Origin: Octopus sinensis
Lineage: Eukaryota
Assembly: GCF_006345805.1 (NCBI RefSeq)
Contig: NC_043006.1
Coordinates: forward strand, 104,966,001 to 105,030,000
DNA length: 64,000 nucleotides
Direction of reading: 5' to 3'
The notes beneath the pieces were generated by a model. That model was not told the origin of the DNA, made no database searches, and was given only the letters and a program-made list of their open reading frames with translations. Positions 1-12,443 of this stretch are shown in pieces. The stretch's first letter is position 1. The number at the start of each line of letters is the position of its first letter. A program made the position numbers and the translations under genes.

Positions 1-632
1 TGTAACTGTACAATCATATATTTTGGATGATGTACTTTAGTCGAAATACATATTTAACAGAAATTATAGGAGCGTTAAATTCTTTGAAGCAATTCGTCCG
101 ATATTTTAGGTTTCGGGTCGTTTAGACTTAAGATCACGCTCCTACCCACATAGACTATATCTTCCATTTTAGGGTCGATGAAATAAGATCCAAATACTGT
201 AGGTAATGTATGGTAGCGTTTCAAAATACGTGACCTTAATGGTAAAAGCTCATGTTATCTTCGTTGCTGGACGTATTTCAAAATTTCGGTATTTGAAATA
301 TCGCTAAAATATCGTTTTGTCGATCAATGATATCGAATCGTTTAAAACATTTTCCCTGATATGATCGTAACAAATCGACCATTCTTTAACTATTGCTTTC
401 CTACTTTAGTGTAGTTGTACATAGTACAGTCAATAATTCATTCATAGATTTCTTGAAGACAAAATTCATATAAGATTTCAATGTATTTATAATACATGTA
501 TTATTTTACTCATGAATAACTATGTGAGATCGATAAAAAATTTCATAGTATAAAATATGGATTTCTCACCACGCATGGATATAGCGAGATAAGTCCCCTG
601 TCATATCGCACACAAATACACACACAAGCACG

Positions 633-732
633 TATGTATGTATGTATGTATGTATGTATGTATGTATGTATGTATGTATGTATGTACGTATGTATGTATG
701 TATGTATGTATGTATATATGTATGTATGTATG
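633..732. repeat. (TATG)n microsatellite
   Basis: Near-perfect TATG run; source of the YIHT/MYVC pseudo-ORFs. Similar tracts near 19415-19500, 61519-61650 and 62126-62280. Confidence 0.95.
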
Positions 733-760
733 TACACACATATATATATAATACGTGTAT

Positions 761-918
761 GCATAGGTGTGGCTGTGTGGGAAGAAGCTTGCTTCCCAAT
801 CACATGGTTCTGGGTTCAGTCCCACTACGTGGTACCTTGGACAAGTGTCTTCTACTATCACCTCAGGCCAACCAAAGCTTTGTGGGTTGATTTGGTAGAC
901 GAAAACTGAAAGAAGCCC
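761..918 (+). mobile_element. tRNA-derived SINE, family A
   Basis: A-box-like GTGGCTGTGTGG and B-box-like GGTTCAGTCCC, then CCTTGGACAAGTGTCTTCTACTAT...GATTTGGTAGACGAAAACTGAAAGAAGCCC; at least 6 other copies in the window. Confidence 0.85.
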
Positions 919-931
919 TAATATATGTGTT

Positions 932-1112
<181 letters not shown>

Positions 1113-2114
1113 TGACCATAGTTTAACTTATTCTTTTAATACTTGTGGATCATTTGAAGAATGATTTGCTTTCGAGTCTTTGATATAAAGCTTCGTCCTT
1201 AGACGGGTTATGTGGACGCCTATTTGAAGCGGTTTTATGCAACGCATGTATATCTCTTTTTCTATGTAATACTGAATGTGTTTCTCCAATTTATTTTCAC
1301 TGTAAATCTTCCCTCAATTACACGGCAGGTAGCGAAATCCTTTCCCTGCTTCAAGAGATGGTGTTTCCTTTCAACGCCTTCTTTAATTAATGTTCGATTC
1401 GTTAAGCTTTAAAACTTGAATACCCAGCTCAAGTATTCCTACCTGTTTTATGTTAAAACTGGCAAAAACCGGCCTCTCACACCTACCCTGCAATGTCATT
1501 TTGGAAATAAGCAACAACATAATCGAAATCTCGGTGCTACGAGATAAAGCATGATCAATTAAAAGCAATGCGAATAAATTGACATTACAATTAACAGAGC
1601 AATCCGAATGCCGAAAGGTTAAACTATGTGCATGTAGCGTTTAATGAGTTATCTTCATAATCCTGCATAGAAAGGTTCGATCTATGATTGAAGATTATTA
1701 CAATTACTTTTCACGTAAGACCGTATTTGGATAGCATATTTAACACCGTTTTCCTCGGACGTTATTAACAAATTTGATAAAACAAATTGATGACGTCAAG
1801 AGCTAAGAGTGTTCATATTGGAAATGGATGAAATGAGATCCAAACAAATGTTATGGATTGATATCTGTTCGAAAAATGATGTTGTTTGAGGGAAATATTT
1901 ACAAATGTGGGATGATAAATTAATCTACTTAATAATCGATTTTGCGTTTATTATATTCGGTGATTTATAATATACTGCTCAATTATACGTTTACGAAAAT
2001 ATCATTTGGTCACTGTAGAGGAATGCCACGGGTAGTAAAACAGTTGTAAGTCTACGTATGTATTAGCTCTTAGTTATTTTACATAGTTAGCACAAAGAGA
2101 CTTAGGAGAAAACT

Positions 2115-2542
2115 GGATCTTTTCGGTTTGACCGGCAGTTTTTTCTAGCGGTGTCATATGAAATTGCCACCCATAATTATGACCCTAGAATCGATCTATT
2201 GCATTTCAATCTGTTTTAGGGTTAGGGTTAGTTAGGGTTAGGGTTATGGGTGGGGGAAGGGTATCTTTTTTGCTTCACAAATGTAAATAAACCCAATCTG
2301 TTTCTTAAATGAGGGACGTATTCATACGGCACATGTTTTCACCTCAACAGACGTCATTGATTGGTTGAAATTGCAGAAATTGAAGAAAAAAACCCAACAA
2401 ATATGTTACAAACTATAGAATTTTCTCCATAAAGCCAAGAGAAAAAGATGTTTTATAAACACATTCTACCAGTATAGGAATTTTAAGTGTTTAGTTACGT
2501 GGAAATTATTTTTAAAAACTGCCAGTCAAACCGAAAAGATCC
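2115..2542 (+). mobile_element. MITE (non-autonomous DNA transposon), copy 1
   Basis: 29-bp TIR GGATCTTTTCGGTTTGACCGGCAGTTTTT (1 mismatch); 8-bp TSD AGAAAACT on both sides; internal TTAGGG repeats at 2216-2246. Confidence 0.92.
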
Positions 2543-3756
2543 AGAAAACTTGGTATTATATATGTGTCCTATGAATCGTAACAACTATAGTTTGATGCAA
2601 ATAGGTAGAGGTAAGCACGGAAATCCTTCCAGATAATACCCGTTTTGGGGAAGAAATAGAGAAATAATGATTGGTTCTTATATAAGATTTGATATGTGTG
2701 ACCTTGTATCTGAGAAGCAGAAGTTTCCACATTTGTTTAGGAAGTGAAGTGATATTGTATGATGCTGGTCATATAGATGAAATGAATAGATTTCAAATAA
2801 GATTCGAAACCGCTGCACTATATTTCTTCCGATGTTAATAATATTGCCAATATATTCGCCTTTTTAAATTAGTGACGACACCGTGCATGTATAAAGTAAT
2901 TGGAAACAGAATCAGGAGTAATCATAATCTTATTTAATGATATAAAATAATGTAAATTAATTATGCAAATAAAATTGAATAGTTGCTTCGGTGGAATGGA
3001 AACCGGGTCAAAAAGTGCCGTTTCTAAACACGGTCACTATACTCTACCATAGGTTAATTTCCTCAAAGGTGAATTAGATATTGACACGAACGTAGCCCAA
3101 CAAAAGAACTTCGACAAAGCTACATATCCACACGCAAAGCACAACAAATCTTATCAACGATAAACAGTTTGTAATGAATTAAACGCCAAACATAAACTAC
3201 AATGGAGAGAGCTGACAGTTCACGTAGGCGTAGCGTAATGGGATCGCCCACGTGTTTATTACGGTTGTGTTGGTGGTGGTGGTGGGTAGGGCTGCTGAAA
3301 ATGAGAGAAAAGCAGGCAGCACGAGAGATGTTTTATTGAAAATGTAACAAAAGTCTACTGAAACCAAAGAAGACAACGATTTTCAATAAATCTTGAGAAA
3401 AAGTAGGTGTCCTTGCTTCGTAAAAACATATTAACACACATGCACGCGCATCTATAGTTCTGTATGTGTGTGTGTGTGCAAACAAACGTGTATATTATGC
3501 ATCCATACGCACACACAAACAAACACACATACATACACATGAATATAGAATAGAGAGGAAGAAATAAACAGTAAAAAAACTAGTACGAGGAAAACTATCA
3601 TTGACGTGTGTAGGCGTGGGTTTTCTGTTTTTTTACGCACAGCACATATTTACAACGGACCTGAGAGTGGTCGCTTCTAAATTCATCAATCAAAAGCTCT
3701 ACACTCTTACACTAAATGATTCAAATAAATATTTAAGATCATTTTACACACATATC

Positions 3757-4184
3757 GGATCTTTTCGGTTTGAACGGCAGTTTTTAACATAATTTCTAGG
3801 TAACTAAAAAAATGTTAAACTTCGTATACTGGTAGAATGTGTTTATAAAACATCTTTTTCTCTTGGCTTTATTTAGAAGATTCTATAGTTTGTAAGATAT
3901 TTGTTGTTTTTTTTTTCTTCAGTTTCTGCAATTTCAACCAATCAGTGACGTCTATTGAGTTAAAAAGGATTCTGTGCAGTATGAATATGTCCCTCGTTTA
4001 AGAAAGAGATTCGGTTTATTTACATTTCTGAAGAAAAAAGATATCCTTCCTCCAGTTCTAACCCTAACTAACCATAACCCTAAAATAGATTGAAATGCAA
4101 TAGATCGATTCTATGGTCATAATTATGGCTGACAATTTCATATGACACCGCTAGAAAAAACTGCCGTTCAAACCGAAAAGATCC
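3757..4184 (-). mobile_element. MITE, copy 2 (inverted relative to copy 1)
   Basis: Perfect 29-bp TIRs; 8-bp TSD CACATATC; interior is the reverse complement of copy 1. Confidence 0.92.
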
Positions 4185-4352
4185 CACATATCCATGCACT
4201 TACATAAAATATGTTCCAAATATATATATAAACATACATACCTACATACATGCATACATACATACGCACTATCTATATACATGGATAATTGTCGAATGTA
4301 TACATACATCATATATGAATATATATGGTGTATATACATGCATAACTACCGA

Positions 4353-4406
<54 letters not shown>

Positions 4407-4663
4407 TATATATATACACACATCATATATATCTTTTAAATTTGTCTACAGGAAACGTTTTGAATATGCAAATAAAGCTCTTTTTCCATTATGGCCGGTC
4501 ACACTCTAATGACGGTCTACGCTGTAATCATTCTAGGAATACGAACTGTGATCTTAAGTGACATGTGATCCGTGAAAACTCGCGTAGCGATGAATTAAAC
4601 GGTAATAAATTCCATCCTTGAATTATTGTTATTATTACCCCCCCTCTCTCTTTTCTCTCTCTC

Positions 4664-4699
<36 letters not shown>

Positions 4700-4818
4700 T
4701 TGTTATATTTCGGAATGGTCATATTGCCAGTTTAGCCAATAAAAACACACGCACTATATATTTGGTGTTATTTTGCTTCAGTGATATTTATTTTTTACAT
4801 TAATCTTAATCTTATTTC

Positions 4819-4862
4819 GGCCAAAGTTCTTTCGTCACACTCCTGTGACCGCATCAGTGGTC
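4819..4862 (-). ncRNA. Hammerhead-like motif in the inverted PLE arm
   Basis: Reverse-complement copy of the 6834-6877 motif. Confidence 0.5.
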
Positions 4863-5421
4863 CTTTGTTTTCTTCTCACTTACTTGTGTCTCTCCTTACT
4901 AACCGTCAGCCATTTTGTATTTCTATTGTATGTCTTCATTTGCGCATGCTTATATCTCTATGTGCGTCTATGTTTATTTAGTGTGTGTGGGGGGATGCCT
5001 GTAATATTTTGTATCTTCTGGTTATATACATTCTTGTAATTTGTATTTTGTTTTTGTTGTTGTTGCTTTTGTTCTAATTTTGTTCATGTGTTTACATCCA
5101 CCCATTATTATCATTACATATGCTTGTATGTATGTATAACAACAATATTAGTAATAATAATAATAAATCTAATCGAAAAAAAAATAAATAAATAAATAAA
5201 TAAAAAGAATATACATATATATATACATACATATACACATATATATATATACATATAACACACATATATACACATATACATATACACATATATACACATA
5301 TACATATATATAGATATTCATTTTTATTTCTTTCATTACCTGTGTATTTATTATGTTTGCAGGATCCACCATTGTCATATGTTGTGGTGTGCGCTATTGC
5401 TCCATTCTAGTTTTCTATTCA

Positions 5422-6300
5422 TACTATGCAAAACCTATGGCCTCAAAATACCTGATCCACCGGAACTCAGCCATTGCGGACAATGCCAAATTCAATATTT
5501 TGATGGCAGACCTCGTCAGATTAATGAGAAATGTGTCACGCATGTGCGAGCCTACAGAATTAAAGAGACACATACAGTATTTCATTCACCGCATGCAGTT
5601 CTCAGGTTACAGCCATAAAGAAGGATCAGAGTATACAAAGGAGCCATGAAGAAATTGATAATATATTATGTAATGATAGGAATGGGATTTGCCCACTCTA
5701 TAGGAACAAGTCATGGAACACTATAGAAAGGACAAAAAAGAAAATAGGGAAGGCCAACTCTTGGTATGATAGCCATAAATACCAAGTGTCATGTTCGTTG
5801 ACACCACCCCTGGAGGTGAACTAGCGTACCGCTTTAGAAGGACCCTAGATAAACTTAAACTAAGAATTATGGTTGTTGAAAAGCCAGGCAACCCTATCAG
5901 ATCTATAATTGGTAGAAGCTATCCTTTTAGTAGAACTCTCTGTACGGATAACTATTGCACTGTATGTAGATTTAGCCCACAAACGAACTGTAAAGCCAGA
6001 AATGTGGTCTATAGTATAAGATGTATAGAGGGACGATGCAGTAACAGACAGTAACATACGTAGGGGAAACTGCAAGAAGCATTGGTGAGCGGGTGAATGA
6101 ACATTGGAGACAACTCAAGGAAGGTAAAAGCGCATCGATTCTGTACCAACACGCCGAACAAGAACACGGGGGATCAATCAATAACATAGAGATTAAGATA
6201 TTGTCCACACATAGAACAGATGCAACAATTAGACAATTACAGAAGCACACACATATAATAAAAATAAACCTAGCCTGAATAGAAAACTAGAATGGACAAT
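5422..6300 (+). pseudogene. PLE RT C-terminus/thumb, Cys-rich linker and GIY-YIG endonuclease (disrupted)
   Basis: YAKPMASKYLIHRNSA...DLVRLMRNVS...RMQFSGYS; CTDNYCTVC...NC linker; NVVYSIRC ... YVGETARSIGERVNEH; NKPSLNRKLEW. Several stops/frameshifts. The Cys linker suggests the Neptune group (inference). Confidence 0.85.
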
Positions 6301-6833
6301 AGCGCACACCACAACATATGACAATGGTGGATCCTGCAAACATAATAAATACACAGGTAATGAAAGAAATAAAAATAATATCTATATATATGTATATGTG
6401 TATATATGTGTATATGTAATGTGTATATATGTGTGTATATATGTATATATATATATGTGTATATGTATGTATATATATATGTATATTCTTTTTATTTATT
6501 TATTTATTTTTTTTTTTTCGATTAGATTTATTATTATTATTACTAATATTGTGTGTTTATACTACATACAAGCATATGTAATGATAATAATGGGTGGATG
6601 TAAACACATGAACAAAATTAGAACAAAAGCAACAACAACAAAAACAAAATACAAATTACAAGAATGTATATAACCAGAGATACAAAATATTACAGGCATC
6701 CCCCCCACACACACACTAAATAAACATAGACGCACATAGAGATATAAGCATGCGCAAATGAAGACATACAATAGAAATACAAAATGGCTGACGGTTAGTA
6801 AGGAGAGACACAAGTAAGTGAGAAGAAAACAAA

Positions 6834-6877
6834 GACCACTGATGCGGTCACAGGAGTGTGACGAAAGAACTTTGGCC
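6834..6877 (+). ncRNA. Minimal type I hammerhead-like motif in the PLE pLTR
   Basis: GACCA CUGAUG CG GUCAC-AGGAGU-GUGAC GAAA GAAC UU UGGCC: stem I 4/5 paired, stem II 5 bp, very short stem III; CG replaces A9. Confidence 0.5.
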
Positions 6878-7051
6878 GAAATAAGATTAAGATTAATGTA
6901 AAAAATAAATATCACTGAAGCAAAATAACACCAAATATATAGTGCGTGTGTTTTTATTGGCTAAACTGGCAATATGACCATTCCGAAATATACAATATCT
7001 GTTTCACACACGACTTCCCATAAAAAATCTTGCACAACAAATATTTAAACG

Positions 7052-7084
<33 letters not shown>

Positions 7085-7123
7085 TAAAATATATATGTAC
7101 ACATGTATATATACATACATATA

Positions 7124-7227
<104 letters not shown>

Positions 7228-7412
7228 GGCTATGAGAGGTAATGGTGTCAATAAGACCCAAAGGTGTCAGGTAATGCTGAGTAAGTGCTATGGATAATGC
7301 GAATAAGGAGTCCAACATAGGTCATATATCAGCATGTATATATATAAAACTTTTTTTTTTCAGAATGAGATTAAAAACCAAGGCTGTGAAAAGTTTAGAA
7401 CATTTATAAACA

Positions 7413-7712
7413 GAAGCCGTTTCCAGGATATCTATTTTATCCTTTCATCGGAGACGATGTGAGAAAATGGTAAAGCAATAGTTAATTTAGATAAGACACG
7501 AAATAGAGAGTGTAGTGGAGGAATGAAAATAGATGTGAGATATACATCGATATTGCATTTGTACAACTGTTTCCAGGATATTTATTTTATCCCTTCATCG
7601 GAGATGGCGTGAGAAAACGCTTAAGTAATAGTTAATTTAGATAAGATACGAAATAGAGAGGGAAGTTGAGGAATGAAAGTAGATGTGAGATATGCAGGGA
7701 TATTGCATTTGT
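7413..7712 (-). repeat. Tandem dimer of a 150-bp unit, each with an HHR-like motif
   Basis: TTCCAGGATA at 7421 and 7571. Minus strand reads CCGAUGA A(G/A)GGAUA-loop-UAUCCUG GAAAC in both units; the second has GAAA CAGUUG UA. Confidence 0.75.
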
Positions 7713-7890
7713 GGATCCATTATTTAGGCAGAATGGTATACATATAAGATTCCAATCCCTTATGAGTAAATTCCAATACTATTTAAAATTGGTCATTCAA
7801 GTATAGAGTTTGTACACAGTGCTATTGAATGGAGGATTTTATCTAAATAAAACGTGTTTATTATGCATCCATTATATATATATATATATG

Positions 7891-7938
<48 letters not shown>

Positions 7939-7972
7939 ATATTATATGTATGTGTGTGTGTGTGTGTGTCTG

Positions 7973-8004
<32 letters not shown>

Positions 8005-8397
8005 CATATAGACAAGCCGGTGATCCTATGGATTCAAAAGATAAGGTGACGGTGAAAAACGCGATTGGAATGCCAATTATTTTTGAATTGTCTAATAATC
8101 CATATATGTATGTTTAAACATGTATGCGTGCATGTGTATGGGGTATATATATATATTATATATATATATATCAAGATAAGCAACAAGAATATCCAGAGGT
8201 AATGCAGTACGATCGTTTCATGCAACTCCATTTAATTGAACAATGCCATCATTACATCAATTGAAATGTTGAGCAATTTTCAGCTGCACAAAGTCATAGA
8301 ATTTAATTAAATTAGAACAGATGGAGACATTAGTATAATTATACCTAGAACCTCCAAGAAGTTACGGAGACAGACAAAGAACATGTTGTCTCACTAA

Positions 8398-8406
8398 ATC
8401 TATCTG

Positions 8407-8481
<75 letters not shown>

Positions 8482-8536
8482 GTCTATCTATCTATCTGTC
8501 TATCTATCTATCTATCTATATATATATATATATATG

Positions 8537-8574
<38 letters not shown>

Positions 8575-8578
8575 TGTG

Positions 8579-8609
<31 letters not shown>

Positions 8610-8610
8610 A
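8398..8610. repeat. (TCTA)n, (TA)n and (TG)n microsatellite block
   Basis: Direct reading. Confidence 0.95.
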
Positions 8611-8729
8611 TGTATAATAGCACATATACACACATATCTCTGTGTATGTGTGCGCGTGCGTAATTCAATATATACTTCTTTCTTTCTCTCTCCGATTCCT
8701 CAGCCCTCCGCTATCACATTAGCCAGTAC

Positions 8730-9500
8730 AATAAATACATATGTGTATATTATTCTTCGCTTCCTTTTTGAGGTTTACTACTCCCCTTTGTAACCGCTCC
8801 TATACAATTTTCTGTACCAATCCCTTCGACTTAGTACCTTTCAAACATATCACCACACCTCCCACTCCTCACTCATATTCATTCCTTACATTCTTATCTC
8901 TTCCTAACCAACCCCTATTCTTCTCCTATCCCCCCTCATAATATATCGACCACCAACTAACACTTTTTTCATTTTCCCACCATCTATCTTACTTCTTTCC
9001 TCACCTATTCTTTTTGACCATTCCCCTCATTTTAACATACACATCATTCCTCTACTCTCTATCTACTTAATACTACCACTACATTCCTAAAATTTCATTC
9101 ACACCATAAGACCCCTTTTAAATGAACAGTATATGGAATCTACGTTTCCACACTTTCCATTTGTAATGCGAAAATATGAATTCCTATCGGAATTTACATA
9201 CCATTGACAGGAAGGATTTTTAACACTTCTGCACACTACTTTCCTTGGAACTACAACTATAACATCCTACATATATTTTCAGTTTTATTTTTAATCTCTT
9301 ATTTCCTTTTACACTTCTTATTTCCATCCTTTTCCAGAATAACGCCTTATATTGAACTCTAGTGTTTCCCTCTATGTAACCATTTCACATCGACTCTGAT
9401 GAAGGGATACCCCTAATATCCCAGAAACAGCTGAGACTAAATTTTTATTGAAAGTCTCCTGAAAATCCCACACAGCCTTGGATTTGTTGTCTCATTTTAT
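8730..9500 (+). mobile_element. Probable decayed PLE 3' end / pLTR
   Basis: FLRFTTPLCNRSYTIFC weakly resembles PLE C-termini; a pyrimidine-rich tract and an HHR-like motif at 9391 follow. Confidence 0.4.
9391..9438 (+). ncRNA. Hammerhead-like motif (family shared with 7.4-7.7 kb and 41.8 kb)
   Basis: CUGAUGA A GGGAUA-CCCCUAA-UAUCCC A GAAA CAGCUG AGAC; the UH dinucleotide appears deleted in this copy. Confidence 0.5.
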
Positions 9501-10530
9501 TTAATATATACATACATACTTTTACACCCACACATACTCACACACACCACACACACACACACACGCACATATATATATATACATACATATATATAAACAT
9601 ATATATAAACTCGCACACAACTTAGATAAGTTAAATTAGGTTTTGTCAATTATCGTATCGTCCAGACTAACTCTTCACTTATATTCCCGACTGAAGTAAT
9701 ATATAATTCATGTTTTGGGATTCCAAAGCCTATTGGAGTACCCGATTGTTGTTTGTGGAATAAATCCGGGTGTCGTTCGTCCAATATGTCTTGGACGATT
9801 TCACCTTGTTACCATTTGATTGTTACGAGGTCGCTTTCTCTTTTATTTTCTTAAGGTGTAATGTTAAATGAAGCAGAAATGGTGGTTGTAAAAACAAATG
9901 TTATGTCGCATAGTTGTTGTGATGTGAATCACATTGGGTCGCAAGACACGGAAGACTAGCCTTAGGTAACCTGTGAACTTGATAATGGCATCTTTTGGGC
10001 AATGAAAATGGAATGTTTTCCGCACTGTACAAATTATGCAGCATTCAATGCTGCGTTGAAGAGAATAAAATTTAAGCTCTTGAGACAATACAACAATCAA
10101 TGTTTCATTTCTCATAATGATCTGTGTACGAAAAGCACAGCGCTCAGCAGTATTCAAGGTGAAACATGTCAGACATAAAGAAGAGGAAAATTGGGTATGT
10201 GGACCTCTGGACCGGAAAATTCTAAGGATGTAAACCTCCTCCCAAGCACCTGAATGAAAGCTGTTGGAGTGCATTTGTTAGAATGGAAAAAATAGTTGGA
10301 TTTTCCTTTTTTTTGTTTTTGTAAATCAGCGCTCAATATTTTGTGCATAGACACACATTTCTCCATGAGCATTGAGCAGGATTGTCGCTGCTAATTTAAG
10401 TTGATGTTTCTTTCTGTCCCTCTAACGTTCGTGATTTGTCGATAGGTTTTGTGGCAGCACTAGAGATGTTACGTGCACGAGGGTGACGCAAGTAATTGAT
10501 GTTTTATCGAGAATAATATTCTCCGGATTA

Positions 10531-10695
10531 AGGCAGCAAGCTGGCAGAACCATTAGCACACCGGACAAAATGTTTAACGGCATTTCGTCCGTCTTACGCT
10601 CCGTGTTAAAATTCCGCCGAGGTCGATAAAACAAGAACCTGTTGAACACTGGGGTTGCGATGTAATCGACATATCTCTGTCCTCTCCCTCGAAAT
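10531..10695 (+). mobile_element. SINE family B, internally deleted
   Basis: AAGCTGGCAGAACCATTAGCACACCGG...AATTCCGCCGAGGTCGA...GATGTAATCGAC matches the other B copies. Confidence 0.75.
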
Positions 10696-10992
10696 AGTGA
10701 AATATTTCTCTGGGTTTCCAGATCTAGTATGACTAAAAGCTGTTTTCTCTTGATTAACGAGTTTTTTCCAGATTCTGCAAAGATTAAAATAAAAAATTGT
10801 CATTGTTGTGTCAAAGCTGGGTTTTGTGGTAACAGTTTGATTTCATAAAATTAGTAAAGAGAGCAAGTGTGTCAGTCTTGAAAAAAGGATACGTAGCGAT
10901 GCTATATATATTTTTCTCTATTCCTTTTTCTTATGGCATAGCATACACTGGAAACGTGTTTCTTGATTGTGCATCTATCATGCGGATGGTCA

Positions 10993-11326
10993 GGTGAGAG
11001 AGGAAGCACTCCGTCGGTTACGACGGCGAGGGTTCCGGTTGATCCGATCAACGGAACAGCCTGCTCGTGAAATTAACGTGTAAGTGGCTGAGCACTCCAC
11101 AGACACGTGTACCCTTAACGTAGTTCTCGGGGATATTCAGCGTGACACAGAGAGTGACAAGGCCGACCCTTTGAAATACAGGTACAACAGAAACAGGAAG
11201 TAAGAGTGAGAGAAAGTTGTGGTGAAAGAGTACAGCAGGGATCACCACCATCCCCTGCCGGAGCCTCGTGGAACTTTTGGGTGTTGTCGCTCAATAAACA
11301 CTCACAACGCCCGGTCAGTTGAAGGA
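10993..11326 (-). mobile_element. SINE with family D central module and tail type 1
   Basis: AAGAGTGAGAGAAAGTTGTGGTGAAAGAG...CTGCCGGAGCC...CGCTCAATAAACAC shared with 40678-40960; a decayed copy of this tail lies near 52520-52610. Confidence 0.75.
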
Positions 11327-12164
11327 AGAGTAACGCAGGTATATTCTGTCCCATAGTGTATATCGGTAGATTTTGAGGTTCTATTTCATTCGTGCTTAGA
11401 GTGTGTGATTACGGATGGCCTTGAGATGAATAATTTCGGCACTGATATCGGGGAGAGGGGTACTTCGTGGGGTTTGGAATGATGAGTAGATTTAGTAGGG
11501 CTATGGAGTTTGGCAGAGGCATCGCTGGATTTAGGTGTTAAAAGAAAGAGAAAGCGGACATTGTGTTACTCGCGGCAGCATCCTCGGTAGATGAAGATGA
11601 TGACGGTGACAACAACGCAGACGACGACAATAGCGACAACAACGATGATAATGAAGTGTATGTGAATAGTTTTGGTTGCCATAGAGGTTTACCTGATTAG
11701 TGTGAAGTGAAGGGGATGTGCAGCACGAATAGTGCAAGGCTGAAAAGTCATGAAGTCGCTGAAGTCAGCGCTAAGTGCATCATATTCGTTCTTTTTGTTG
11801 TTATTGTTGAACTGTAAAACACGAATAATGAATGTTGTTTTTCCAAGTGTTTCTTTAAAAAGATGGAAGGCGGTTTTTTGTTTTGTTTTGTTTCAGATGT
11901 TTTTTTCGGATTTATTTCAGCTTGTTTTCTATTTGTTTTACTGATCGATTATTGGAAAGTAGGACAATTTTCTGAAGTAATGTCACTAGCACATGACAAG
12001 TGCGTATCACTTGCATAGGAAAGTGTGTACTATGGAATGACCAATATGTACGATTCTTTCTCTGTCTTATAATAGGCGTAGGAGTTATTCAGCAAGATGT
12101 GCGGTCGCGTACTAATAGACTTCCATTCATTTTCTCCTCCATTCTATCCTGAATGCTTTCTCAT

Positions 12165-12443
12165 CCTCCTCCTCCTCCTCCTCCTTCTTCTTCTTCTTCT
12201 TCTTCTTCTTCTTCTTCTTCTTCTTCTTCTTCTTCTTCTTCTCTTCTTCTTCTTCTTCTCTTCTTCTTCTTCATCATCATCATCACATCATCATCATCAT
12301 CATCACATCATCATCATCATCATTATCATCATTATCACCATCAGCTTCTTCTTCTATTTCTCTTTGTCTTAGCCTGATTACTCCTCCTCCTACTGCTACT
12401 ACTACTACTACTACTACTACAACTACTACTACTACTACTACTA
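12165..12443. repeat. Trinucleotide block (CCT)n, (CTT)n, (TCA)n, (CTA)n
   Basis: Direct reading; source of the poly-L/S/H/I pseudo-ORFs. Confidence 0.95.

Larger units (their letters stand above)
4698..6997 (+). mobile_element. 5'-truncated Penelope-like element with inverted pseudo-LTR
   Basis: Near-identical inverted arms of about 720 bp (4698-5421 and 6276-6997) enclose RT-thumb and GIY-YIG coding remnants; (TA)n lies on both flanks. Confidence 0.88.

Noticed and set aside
2216-2246. Telomere or interstitial telomeric site
   Set aside because: Only about 4 TTAGGG units, and they are an internal part of the MITE, present in all three copies.
7413-7712. CRISPR-like repeat-spacer array (also considered for 35266 and 60280)
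   Set aside because: Eukaryotic context, degenerate tandem units without unique spacers, and no cas genes.
9864-10420. Host coding exon in ORFs 9864-10274 and 10169-10372
   Set aside because: No recognisable motif or splice support; a plus-strand stretch (CFPHCTNYAAFNAALKRIK) faintly resembles a PLE thumb but is too weak to call.
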